Part shown: positions 9,465 to 17,626 of the stretch, piece after piece
How the letters are laid out: every line of letters begins with the position of its first letter
Position numbering within the stretch: position 1 is the first letter of the stretch
Assembly (NCBI GenBank): GCA_017502265.1
Contig: JAFVVI010000024.1
Coordinates: forward strand, 1,968 to 65,967
Length of the DNA stretch: 64,000 nucleotides
Direction of reading: 5' to 3'
Origin: Oscillospiraceae bacterium
GTDB lineage: Bacteria > Bacillota > Clostridia > Oscillospirales > Oscillospiraceae
Made by a program: the position numbers and the translations under genes
The notes under the pieces: model-generated
What the model was told of the DNA's origin: nothing
Seen by the model: only the letters and a program-made list of their open reading frames with translations
Databases searched by the model: none

Positions 9465-10320
9465 AGTTCACACCTCCCAGTTCATAAATGAAGATCTCTT
9501 CCAGAGACAGGGGCAAAATGTCAAAATAAGCGGGCTTGCAGGCGGCGACCTTGGCCTGCACCTCCTCCGGTGTACCCCGGACCACCAGGGTGTTCAACCG
9601 TCCGGAGGCAGCGGTATGGAGGATCTCCAATCCCTCTGGGGTATCGCCCACCATTTGCAGTTTCACCGTGTTGCCCTGCATGGAAGCAAGACTCTTTTCC
9701 AGCAGCATATTGCCCTTATCCATAATACCCACATGGTCGCAGATGTCCTCCAGCTCCCGCAGATTGTGGGAGGAGATCAGCACTGTGGACTCCCGCTGGG
9801 CCACATCTGACAGGATCAGACTCCATACCTGCCGCCGCATCACCGGGTCAAGACCGTCCACCGGCTCATCCAATATCAGTACATCCGGCCGGGTGCAGAT
9901 GCTCAGGTGAAATGCTGCCTGCTTCTGCATACCTTTGGAAAACCGGCGGATGGGGGACTTTTTCGGCAGTTCAAATACATCGTAAAGCCGGTTGAACAGC
10001 TCGTCATCGAACTTGGGATAGAAACCCTTGTAGTACTTCCGCATCTCCTCCAGCGAGGCAGAAGGGAAGTAGAAGATCTCGTCAGGGATGTAGCTGATCC
10101 GGGCCTTAGCGGCAGGATTTTCATAAATGGCATCGCCCTGCAGAGTGATGTTGCCGGCATCCGGGCGATATACGCCGGTCAGCAGCCGGATGGCGGTGGA
10201 CTTGCCCGCGCCGTTAGGGCCGACCAAGCCATACACCGCGCCCTTGGGCACGGTCATAGAAAGACTGTTCAGCGCAGTAAAGTCGCCGAAGGTCTTGGTC
10301 ACATTCTCCATTTTAAGCAT
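9439..10320 (-). CDS. ABC transporter ATP-binding protein (YtrB-like)
   Basis: GPNGAGKS, FSKGM signature, ILDEP, SSH. Confidence 0.93.
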   Translation of the reverse strand: MLKMENVTKTFGDFTALNSLSMTVPKGAVYGLVGPNGAGKSTAIRLLTGVYRPDAGNITLQGDAIYENPAAKARISYIPDEIFYFPSASLEEMRKYYKGFYPKFDDELFNRLYDVFELPKKSPIRRFSKGMQKQAAFHLSICTRPDVLILDEPVDGLDPVMRRQVWSLILSDVAQRESTVLISSHNLRELEDICDHVGIMDKGNMLLEKSLASMQGNTVKLQMVGDTPEGLEILHTAASGRLNTLVVRGTPEEVQAKVAACKPAYFDILPLSLEEIFIYELGGVNYAVKDILL

Positions 10321-10681
10321 TGGTATCTCCTCCTTGCTTCAGATGCTGCAGCAGCGTTTGCCGGGATACCCCGGCGGCCAAAAGCTTTTCTGCAGCCTGG
10401 TCCAAATCCTTCCACAGCGGCGCCAATTCCAAAGAATCGTCCTTTCCGGGGGCGCAAACAAAACTGCCCTTGCCGGATACAGAAGCGATCCATCCCTCGG
10501 CCTCCAATTCCCGGTATGCCCGCTGAATGGTGTTGGGATTAATAGCAAGGGTGCTTGCCAGCTCCCGGACACTGGGGAGCTTTTCTCCCTCCAGCAGAAC
10601 GCCACCGCGGATCTGATTGCGAAAATTATCAGCGATCTGGGTGTAAATGGGCCGCGCGTCCCGATAATCCAGATGCACCAC
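10313..10681 (-). CDS. GntR-family regulator, YtrA subfamily
   Basis: RPIYTQI..LPSVRELA..INPNTIQRAYRELE..GKGSFV; GTG start after GGAGGG. Confidence 0.92.
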   Translation of the reverse strand: MVHLDYRDARPIYTQIADNFRNQIRGGVLLEGEKLPSVRELASTLAINPNTIQRAYRELEAEGWIASVSGKGSFVCAPGKDDSLELAPLWKDLDQAAEKLLAAGVSRQTLLQHLKQGGDTNA

Positions 10682-10702
10682 GCAGATCCCCTCCTTTTTA
10701 TG

Positions 10703-10764
10703 TGTATTAACTGTACTAACCGTATTAGTACAGTTATCATACAAAAAGATTTTCCGGTTGTCAA
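10703..10764 (-). promoter_or_regulatory. sigmaA promoter with YtrA-type operator
   Basis: TTGACA (10764-10759) and TATGAT (10742-10737); inverted repeat TAACTGTACTAA-CCGTA-TTAGTACAGTTA adjoining the -10 and covering +1. Confidence 0.85.
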
Positions 10765-10780
10765 TACCCTGTTGTAAAAA

Positions 10781-10812
10781 AATTAAGAGGTGTTTTGCAA
10801 CACCTCTTAATT
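10781..10812 (-). terminator. Intrinsic terminator
   Basis: AATTAAGAGGTG..CACCTCTTAATT followed by T-run on minus strand. Confidence 0.8.
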
Positions 10813-10814
10813 CC

Positions 10815-11669
10815 TTATTCAATGTGTTCGTGGTTGTTGATATGCTCTTGGCAGTAGCAGTAGTACCCCTTGCACCGGGAGCAGTACCGGAATTCCAGCT
10901 CCGGGTTGCTTACATCCGTCCGGCCGCATACGGTACACCGATGGGTGTACGCATCCACGGTTTTGGGTGCTTGCGTGTTGCCGGGGAAGGGGATTGTGCC
11001 GGTTTTCTTTTCTGGTTTTTTGGGGCCGGCCTTTGCCCGCCAAGATAGGGGCAGAATATTTAACGCATCTTTTCCGAAGAACAGGAAAAAGTTAAAGATT
11101 GCGACCAATGGGAACAGGTTGTGGGGGAAGTATCCCCGTAAAGCAAATATGTTGTACGCAGTGATAGCAAAGTTAATCAATACCCACACCCAAGTTTTGA
11201 TTGGAATGATAAAGTAAAGGCGTATCGTTGAATCAGGATGCAGTGTTGCAAAAATCAACAACATACTTAATTTTAGATAGATAATTGTTGCAGGTGTTCC
11301 TGTTATCATACAGAAAATGTCCTGCAAAATAATTCCCGAGAAAAAGAAAATATTAAATTTTAGCGTACCCATGTTAGCTTCTGCAATGCGCCCAAAACTG
11401 TAAAAACAATATAAGGTAAGAGCAGTGAAGAAGATACCGTCGGAATAATAGGTAAATGCGTAGGTGAACAGTCGCCAGACTTGTCCGTGCAAAATGGCCT
11501 CACGGTCAAAACTCAACAAATTATAAAGCATAGCGTTGTTGCTGATCATAGTGATCAAATATACCACTGCGCTGCCAAGGGTTGTATATAACATCAAATT
11601 CGGGATACCCTTGCCCCGGTTTCGGAAACAGAACCGCTCAAACCCGCGACGCAAATTACTCAAGGCCAT
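10815..11669 (-). CDS. Rhomboid/Derlin-like membrane protein with C-terminal AN1-like Zn finger
   Basis: GQVWRLFTY (WR loop motif), about 6 TMs, tail HRCTVCG...YCSRC..YCYCQEH..NHEH. Confidence 0.75.
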   Translation of the reverse strand: MALSNLRRGFERFCFRNRGKGIPNLMLYTTLGSAVVYLITMISNNAMLYNLLSFDREAILHGQVWRLFTYAFTYYSDGIFFTALTLYCFYSFGRIAEANMGTLKFNIFFFSGIILQDIFCMITGTPATIIYLKLSMLLIFATLHPDSTIRLYFIIPIKTWVWVLINFAITAYNIFALRGYFPHNLFPLVAIFNFFLFFGKDALNILPLSWRAKAGPKKPEKKTGTIPFPGNTQAPKTVDAYTHRCTVCGRTDVSNPELEFRYCSRCKGYYCYCQEHINNHEHIE

Positions 11670-11817
11670 CAACTCCTTTTTGTAGTGCTAACATCATAGC
11701 ACCTTTTCCAGAAAAAGTCTATAAAGGAATTATAAACATTTCTGTGGCAAAAAATTCTCCGTACCCCCTTGACAAAACCGTAATTTTGTGTAGAATAATG
11801 TAGCAACTGCATACAAG

Positions 11818-11952
11818 CCTTATCAAGAGTGGTGGAGGGAACGGCCCAATGAAACCCGGCAACCTGTTAATTCAAGGTGCCAAATCCGGCGGCAACGACA
11901 GATGAGGATTCGATTGAACGCACATCGGATCGTCGGTGTGCGGTTAATTTTT
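11818..11952 (+). ncRNA. SAM-I (S-box) riboswitch with terminator
   Basis: CTTATCAAGAGTGGTGGAGGGAACGGCCCAATGAAACCCGGCAACC...GGTGCCAAATCC...GATGAG; terminator CGCACATCGG..TCGGTGTGCG; promoter TTGACA..TAGAAT at 11769-11796; precedes metK. Confidence 0.95.
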
Positions 11953-11971
11953 GTATAAGGAGTTTTGAACT

Positions 11972-13111
11972 ATGGAAAAGAGATTGTTTACATCCGAATG
12001 CGTTACCTGCGGTCATCCCGACAAGGTAGCCGACGCCATTTCTGACGCTATCCTGGACGCCTGCCTTGCCCAGGACCCCAATTCCCGCGTGGCTTGTGAA
12101 ACCACCGTGACCACCAATTTCTGCCTGATCTGTGGCGAGATCACCACCAAAGCCGTGGTGGATTACGAAGCCGTGGCCCGGGAAGTGATCGCCTCCATCG
12201 GCTATACCATTCCCGAGGATCAGTTTGCCGCCGATACCGTGGAGATCCTCTGCAAGATCCATACCCAGTCTGCGGATATCGCCCTCGGCACCAACGATGC
12301 AGTTGGCGGCGCCGGTGACCAGGGTATGATGTTTGGCGGCGCCTGCACCCAGACCCCGGAACTGATGCCTCTGCCTGCCGCTCTGTCCAGAGCCCTGGCC
12401 AACCGCTTGACCCAGTGCGTAGAAAGCAATGACCTGCTTCGTCCCGACGGCAAGACCCAGGTGTCCGTGGAGTTTGACGAAAACGGCAAGGTCATCGGCA
12501 TTGATACCGTGGTGGTGTCCGTGATGCACAGCGCTGATTTTGAAATGAGCGAGCTGCGCCGTTACATTCGGGAGGGCGTTATCGCCCCTGTGCTTGCCAA
12601 GTACGGCTTTGACATTGAAAAGGTCGCCCATATCCATATCAATCCCACCGGCAACTTTGTTATCGGTGGCCCCAACGGCGATACCGGCCTCACCGGCAGA
12701 AAGATCATTGTAGATACCTACGGCGGATACTTCTCCCACGGCGGCGGCGCTTTCTCCGGTAAGGACCCCACCAAGGTGGACCGCTCCGGCGCGTATATGG
12801 CCCGGTATATGGCCAAGAATTTGGTGGCAGCGGGCCTTGCTGAGGAAGTCGAGGTACAGCTTGCCTATGCCATCGGTGTGGCTGAGCCTGTTTCCGTCCG
12901 TGTCAATAGCTACGGTACCGGCAAGATCGCAGACGAGGAAATGACTGCCCTGCTGCGCAAGCACTGCGACCTGACCCCCGGCGGTATTATCCGCAAGCTG
13001 CAGCTGCGCCGTCCCATCTACAGCCAGACCGCCCGAAACGGCCATTTTGGCGCAGAAAACCTCCCCTGGGAACAGACAGACCTGGCAGAAACCTTAAAAA
13101 AGGCATTATAA
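11972..13111 (+). CDS. metK: S-adenosylmethionine synthetase
   Basis: [49 protein letters not shown]. Confidence 0.97.
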   Translation: MEKRLFTSECVTCGHPDKVADAISDAILDACLAQDPNSRVACETTVTTNFCLICGEITTKAVVDYEAVAREVIASIGYTIPEDQFAADTVEILCKIHTQSADIALGTNDAVGGAGDQGMMFGGACTQTPELMPLPAALSRALANRLTQCVESNDLLRPDGKTQVSVEFDENGKVIGIDTVVVSVMHSADFEMSELRRYIREGVIAPVLAKYGFDIEKVAHIHINPTGNFVIGGPNGDTGLTGRKIIVDTYGGYFSHGGGAFSGKDPTKVDRSGAYMARYMAKNLVAAGLAEEVEVQLAYAIGVAEPVSVRVNSYGTGKIADEEMTALLRKHCDLTPGGIIRKLQLRRPIYSQTARNGHFGAENLPWEQTDLAETLKKAL

Positions 13112-13117
13112 GAATGA

Positions 13118-13150
13118 AAGCAGATACCCAACCCGGGTATCTGCTTTTCT
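13118..13150 (+). terminator. Intrinsic terminator of metK
   Basis: AAGCAGATACCC..GGGTATCTGCTT plus T-rich tail. Confidence 0.85.
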
Positions 13151-13155
13151 GTTTT

Positions 13156-13194
13156 GTCATTGCGAACCAGTGCGCACACTGGTGTGGCAATCTC
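13156..13194. repeat. REP-like palindromic element
   Basis: GTCATTGCGAACCAGTGCGCACACTGGTGTGGCAATCTC; imperfect hairpin with GTCATTGCGA..GCAATCTC ends resembling dispersed bacterial extragenic palindromes. Confidence 0.6.
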
Positions 13195-13214
13195 CTGTAT
13201 TGTCACCTTTTAGG

Positions 13215-13383
13215 TGGTATACGCCGGGAGGGACTCGTGCATTTGCTTTGCAAATGTAAGGTAGCCACCAGTGTTTGCACTGGTGTCAGCAATATGCCAC
13301 CGGCATATTGCACTGCTATGGGTTCGAGTCCCTTTCTTACATAAAAATTAAACAGGATATCCCGACTGGGATATCCTGTTTAA
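13215..13383. repeat. tRNA-linked repeat unit (duplicated tRNA-Arg 3' end, inverted T-arm copy, nested hairpins, terminator)
   Basis: 13215-13237 TGGTATACGCCGGGAGGGACTCG vs tRNA 13384-13404 TGGTACGCCGGAAGGGACTCG; inverted T-arm copy GGGTTCGAGTCCCTT at 13320-13334. Confidence 0.7.
13348..13383 (-). terminator. Terminator of tRNA-Arg
   Basis: TTAAACAGGATATCCC-loop-GGGATATCCTGTTTAA plus T-run on minus strand, immediately after the CCA. Confidence 0.8.
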
Positions 13384-13460
13384 TGGTACGCCGGAAGGGA
13401 CTCGAACCCCTGACCTACTGGTTCGTAGCCAATCACTCTATCCAACTGAGCTACCGGCGC
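13384..13460 (-). tRNA. tRNA-Arg (anticodon ACG)
   Basis: GCGCCGGTAGCTCAGTTGGATAGAGTGATTGGCTACGAACCAGTAGGTCAGGGGTTCGAGTCCCTTCCGGCGTACCA; upstream TTGCAT..TATTAT promoter. Confidence 0.97.
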
Positions 13461-13615
13461 ATACCACGCTCTCACAAGCGCTTGCATATAATAACACATC
13501 AAAAACGAAAATGCAAGACCTTTTTTGAAAAAATGTATTTATTTTCCCAAATTTCCGTCCTTGACACTGATTTGCCCCCTGGTGTACAATGAACAAAAAA
13601 GGGGAGGGGTGTCCT

Positions 13616-14668
13616 GTGGGCCAACAATCGCACATTAGCTATCTGCCGGAGGCGCTGCTTCCCTGGTATGCCGCCAACCGCCGGGAGCTCCCCTGGCGGC
13701 AGGATAAAGACCCCTATCACATCTGGGTGTCGGAGATTATGCTGCAGCAGACCCGCGTGGAAGCGGTGAAGGGCTACTATGCCCGTTTTCTGGACGCGCT
13801 GCCCACGGTTTCCGCTTTGGCAGAGTGTGATGATGAGCTGCTTCACAAGCTCTGGGAGGGCCTTGGTTATTACAGTCGGGTGCGGAATCTGAAAAAAGCC
13901 GCCCGGCAGGTGATGGAGAGGTATAACGGCCGATTCCCTACAGAATATGCCCACATCCTTGCCTTGCCCGGTATTGGCGAATATACCGCCGGCGCCATTT
14001 GCTCTATCGCCTTCGATCAGTCCACCCCGGCAGTGGACGGCAATGTCCTGCGGGTGATCTCCCGCGTTACCGACGATCCCACTCCCATTGACCTGCCGGC
14101 TTATAAAAAATCTGTGCAGCGGAAATTAGCGGCGATCTATCCCAAGCAGGCCGGGGATTTCACCCAGGCGCTGATGGAACTGGGCGCTACGGTCTGTGGA
14201 CCAAACCGCCAGCCGGACTGCGAAAACTGTCCCTGCAAGGATTTCTGCTTGGGGTATCAAAACAAAACTGCAAATCATTTGCCGGTCAAATCCTCGAAAA
14301 AGCAGCGAAAGACCGACCAATACACGGTGTTCATCCTTTCTTGTGACGGTCGATTCGCCCTGCAAAAACGCCCGGATAAGGGGTTGCTGGCGGGCCTGTG
14401 GCAGTTCCCCAATACCCCCGGGAAGCTGGACACACATGCGGCTTTAAAACAAGTGGAGAAATTCGGTCTAAAACCGAGAGAAATAATACTGCAAGTGGAG
14501 CGAAAACATATATTTACCCACATAGAATGGGATATGTGTGGAGTGTATGTAAATGTTTCTGCTTGTGAAGGGGATTTTGTGTGGCTGACAGAAGAGGAAC
14601 TCCGATCCCAAGCTGCCTTGCCTACGGCTTTTCGTTTATTTCTCCCGGAAGACAAACTGAATTTTTAA
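13616..14668 (+). CDS. mutY: A/G-specific adenine glycosylase
   Basis: WVSEIMLQQT, WEGLGYYSR, HhH LPGIGEYTA, VDGNV, Fe-S motif C..PDCENCPCKDFC, NUDIX-like tail; GTG start after GGGAGG. Confidence 0.95.
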   Translation: MGQQSHISYLPEALLPWYAANRRELPWRQDKDPYHIWVSEIMLQQTRVEAVKGYYARFLDALPTVSALAECDDELLHKLWEGLGYYSRVRNLKKAARQVMERYNGRFPTEYAHILALPGIGEYTAGAICSIAFDQSTPAVDGNVLRVISRVTDDPTPIDLPAYKKSVQRKLAAIYPKQAGDFTQALMELGATVCGPNRQPDCENCPCKDFCLGYQNKTANHLPVKSSKKQRKTDQYTVFILSCDGRFALQKRPDKGLLAGLWQFPNTPGKLDTHAALKQVEKFGLKPREIILQVERKHIFTHIEWDMCGVYVNVSACEGDFVWLTEEELRSQAALPTAFRLFLPEDKLNF

Positions 14669-14689
14669 ATAAAAAAGTAAAAATAATGT

Positions 14690-14718
14690 TTGACAAATCG
14701 GACAAATACCTATATAAT
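14690..14718 (+). promoter_or_regulatory. sigmaA promoter of yceD-rpmF
   Basis: Consensus TTGACA-17-TATAAT. Confidence 0.85.
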
Positions 14719-14749
14719 AGCTAAGCACGACTGTTAGGAGGGGGATACT

Positions 14750-15253
14750 ATGCGACTGGAACTGTCATCGATTATTGACCGTCCCGGTGAGAGCGTAACC
14801 TTTTCTGCCAGCGTGGATCTGAGTGACCTTGTGTATGGCACAAGCCAGCCGGTGTCAGAGCCGGTGCTGGCCAGCGGCACAGTGCGGAACACCGCCGGTG
14901 TTCTGGTGATGAAGGGGTTGATTACCACCTGCATTCACGGCACCTGCGACCGCTGCGCGACGGACTTTGACCGGGATGTGGAAATTCCCATCGACGCGGT
15001 TTTGGTGACGGAGCTTGCCAACGAGGAAAACGAAGATGAATGGGTATTCCCGATGGAGGCAGATACCGCAGATCTGGAGGATATCGTCAGAACGATCTTT
15101 GTTCTGAATATGGACTCCAAGCTGCTGTGCAAGGACGATTGCGCAGGCCTGTGCTGCAGATGCGGCAAGAACCTGAACGATGGCCCCTGTACCTGCCAAA
15201 AGGAGTTAGACCCCCGTTTTGCTGCTTTAAAGCAGCTTCTCAATAAGGAATAA
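14750..15253 (+). CDS. yceD: YceD/DUF177 family protein
   Basis: CDRC, LCKDDCAGLCCRCG.NLN, DPRFAALK; upstream of rpmF. Confidence 0.92.
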   Translation: MRLELSSIIDRPGESVTFSASVDLSDLVYGTSQPVSEPVLASGTVRNTAGVLVMKGLITTCIHGTCDRCATDFDRDVEIPIDAVLVTELANEENEDEWVFPMEADTADLEDIVRTIFVLNMDSKLLCKDDCAGLCCRCGKNLNDGPCTCQKELDPRFAALKQLLNKE

Positions 15254-15298
15254 AAAAAGAATGCTGTAAAAAGCAGTTTGACCAAGGAGGTGTCATCC

Positions 15299-15484
15299 AT
15301 GGCTGTCCCTAAGTGTAAAGTGTCCAGCGCCCGTCGCGATAAGCGCCGTGGTTCCAACTGGAAGCTGTCCGCCCCCAGTGTGGCTGTTTGCCCCAAGTGC
15401 GGTGAGCCCGTTATGCCTCATAGAGCTTGCAAGGCTTGCGGTACCTACAATGGCCGTCAGGTCCTGGCCGCCAAGGCTGACTAA
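15299..15484 (+). CDS. rpmF: 50S ribosomal protein L32 (Zn-ribbon form)
   Basis: MAVPKCKVSSARRDKRR..CPKCG..PHRACKACGTY; SD AAGGAGG. Confidence 0.96.
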   Translation: MAVPKCKVSSARRDKRRGSNWKLSAPSVAVCPKCGEPVMPHRACKACGTYNGRQVLAAKAD

Positions 15485-15641
15485 GGCTGGAAAAGAAGCG
15501 TAAGCTAAGCGGAAGGTATATGCCTTCCGCTTTTTCCATATTTTGTGAAATAATTGTAAATGTTGTTTTGCGCGGGGGATTTCCCGTTGAATTGTTCATA
15601 ATTTCGTGTAAAATAAAGGTAGTAGAAAGGAGTGAGCCCCT

Positions 15642-16973
15642 ATGGCAAAGCCTTTGGTAGCGATTGTGGGACGGCCCAATGTGGGCAAGTCTATGTTGTT
15701 TAATAAGCTCACCGGCCGCAGGACCTCCATCGTGGAGGATACCCCCGGTGTCACCCGTGACCGGATCTACGGTGACTGCGAATGGTGCGGCAGAACATTT
15801 TCTTTGGTGGATACCGGCGGTATCGAGCCGGGTACGGAAAATGATATGCTGAAATTTATGCGCCGGCAGGCGGAGATCGGCATTGAGCTGGCTGACTGTA
15901 TCGTAATGGTGGTGGATGTCCATTCCGGCGTCACCGCTGCGGATCAGGATGTGGCCACCATGCTGCGCAAATCCCGCAAGCCGGTGGCCCTGGCGGTGAA
16001 CAAATGTGACTCCATCGGCCCGGTAAACCCCGATGTTTATGAGTTTTACGGCCTTGGTATCGGCGATTTGTTTGAGGTGTCCGCTGTCCACGGCCACGGC
16101 ACCGGCGACTTGCTTGACTGGTGCTTAGAGCAGTTCCCCGAGGAAGAGGAACAGGAAGAGGACTCTGACATTATCAATGTTGCCATCGTGGGCAAGCCCA
16201 ATGTGGGCAAGAGCAGCCTCTTAAACCGCATTTTGGGCGAGGAGCGGGTGATCGTGTCCAATGTTGCCGGCATCACCCGGGATGCAATCGACTCGGAATT
16301 CGAGAACGAGACCGGCAAGTACTGCTTTATCGATACCGCCGGTATGCGCCGCAGGAGCAAGGTGGACGATATCATTGAAAAATACTCCAATATGCGTACC
16401 GTTGCCGCCATTGAGCGGGCGGATGTGTGTCTGATCCTGATCGATGCCAATGACGGCGTCACCGAACAGGATACCAAGATTGCCGGCCTGGTCCACGAGG
16501 CGGGCAAGGCTGCAATTATTGTAGTCAATAAGTGGGATGCGGTTGCCGACAAGGAAACCAACACTATGCGGGATAAGGAGCTGGCAGTCCGTGACGGTCT
16601 GAGCTATATGACCTATGCCCCTGTGGTGTTCCTGTCCGCCCTTACCGGTTCCCGTGTGGATAAGCTGTTCCAGGTGATCCAGGATGTTTATAAGCAGAAC
16701 ACCAGCCGTATCACCACCGGCGCGCTGAACTCCATTCTGGCGGAGGCCACCTCCCGGGTGCAGCCCCCCTCGGATAAGGGCCGCCGACTGAAGATCTACT
16801 ATATGACCCAGGCAGGCACCAAGCCGCCCCATTTTGTGATCTTCTGCAACGATGCCCGGCTGTTCCATTTCTCATATCAGCGGTATCTGGAAAACCAGAT
16901 CCGTGAGGTCTTTGGTCTGCAAGGCACGCCTGTGCGGATCACCATTCGCCAAAAGGGCGATAAGGAGGAGTAA
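15642..16973 (+). CDS. der: Ribosome biogenesis GTPase Der/EngA
   Basis: Tandem G domains GRPNVGKS and GKPNVGKS, KH-like C-terminus. Confidence 0.97.
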   Translation: MAKPLVAIVGRPNVGKSMLFNKLTGRRTSIVEDTPGVTRDRIYGDCEWCGRTFSLVDTGGIEPGTENDMLKFMRRQAEIGIELADCIVMVVDVHSGVTAADQDVATMLRKSRKPVALAVNKCDSIGPVNPDVYEFYGLGIGDLFEVSAVHGHGTGDLLDWCLEQFPEEEEQEEDSDIINVAIVGKPNVGKSSLLNRILGEERVIVSNVAGITRDAIDSEFENETGKYCFIDTAGMRRRSKVDDIIEKYSNMRTVAAIERADVCLILIDANDGVTEQDTKIAGLVHEAGKAAIIVVNKWDAVADKETNTMRDKELAVRDGLSYMTYAPVVFLSALTGSRVDKLFQVIQDVYKQNTSRITTGALNSILAEATSRVQPPSDKGRRLKIYYMTQAGTKPPHFVIFCNDARLFHFSYQRYLENQIREVFGLQGTPVRITIRQKGDKEE

Positions 16974-16975
16974 GT

Positions 16976-17602
16976 ATGTGGCTTTCTGTGCTGCTGACAG
17001 TTCTGACAGGCTACCTGTTGGGTAATCTCAACGGCGCGGTCAGTATGTCCCGGCTGCTGAGCAATCAGGATGTGCGGGAGCAGGGCAGCGGAAATGCGGG
17101 TCTTACCAATTTCCTGCGTATGTACGGCCCGGTTAGCGCCCTGTCGGTGGTGGCCATTGATATGGGCAAAGCCTTTTTGGCCTGCCTGCTGGGCAGACAA
17201 CTGCTTGCCCCCTTCGGTTATGCCCAGGAGGGCGTGCTGCTGGGCGGTCTTGCGGTGAATTTGGGCCACGATTTCCCGGCTCTGCTGGGTTTCCGTGGCG
17301 GCAAAGGCGTTCTGTGCGGTATCACTGCTGCACTGGCTGCTGATTGGCGCTGCGCTCTGGTGGTGATTGCTGTGTTTGCCCTTTGCCTGTGGCTGACCCG
17401 GTATGTGTCCTTGAGCTCGATTTTAGGTAGTCTGACCTTTGTGGTTATGTACCCGCTATTGCACAGAGAAAGCGCCGCGTCTATGATAATGGGCGTCTTG
17501 CTGGGCCTGTTCATCGTTTTTATGCACAGAAGCAATATCTCCCGTCTGCTGAAAGGCAATGAGCGAAAAGCCACTTTCAGCAAATTCCGCAAGAAAAAGT
17601 AA
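16976..17602 (+). CDS. plsY: Glycerol-3-phosphate acyltransferase PlsY
   Basis: GSGNAGLTN, GHDFP..FRGGKGV, HRSNISRL. Confidence 0.93.
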   Translation: MWLSVLLTVLTGYLLGNLNGAVSMSRLLSNQDVREQGSGNAGLTNFLRMYGPVSALSVVAIDMGKAFLACLLGRQLLAPFGYAQEGVLLGGLAVNLGHDFPALLGFRGGKGVLCGITAALAADWRCALVVIAVFALCLWLTRYVSLSSILGSLTFVVMYPLLHRESAASMIMGVLLGLFIVFMHRSNISRLLKGNERKATFSKFRKKK

Positions 17603-17626
17603 GCCGCTGCCCGGAAAGGAAAATTT

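Noticed and set aside
13226-13336. Second tRNA on the plus strand (GGTTCGAGTCCC)
   Set aside because: No D-arm, anticodon arm or acceptor/CCA geometry; only the T-arm matches.
13215-13404. Intact prophage or genomic island at tRNA-Arg
   Set aside because: Only about 146 bp lie between the att-like copies and no integrase is in the window.
13114-13592. ORFs across the tRNA/repeat region
   Set aside because: They overlap the tRNA and palindromes; spurious.
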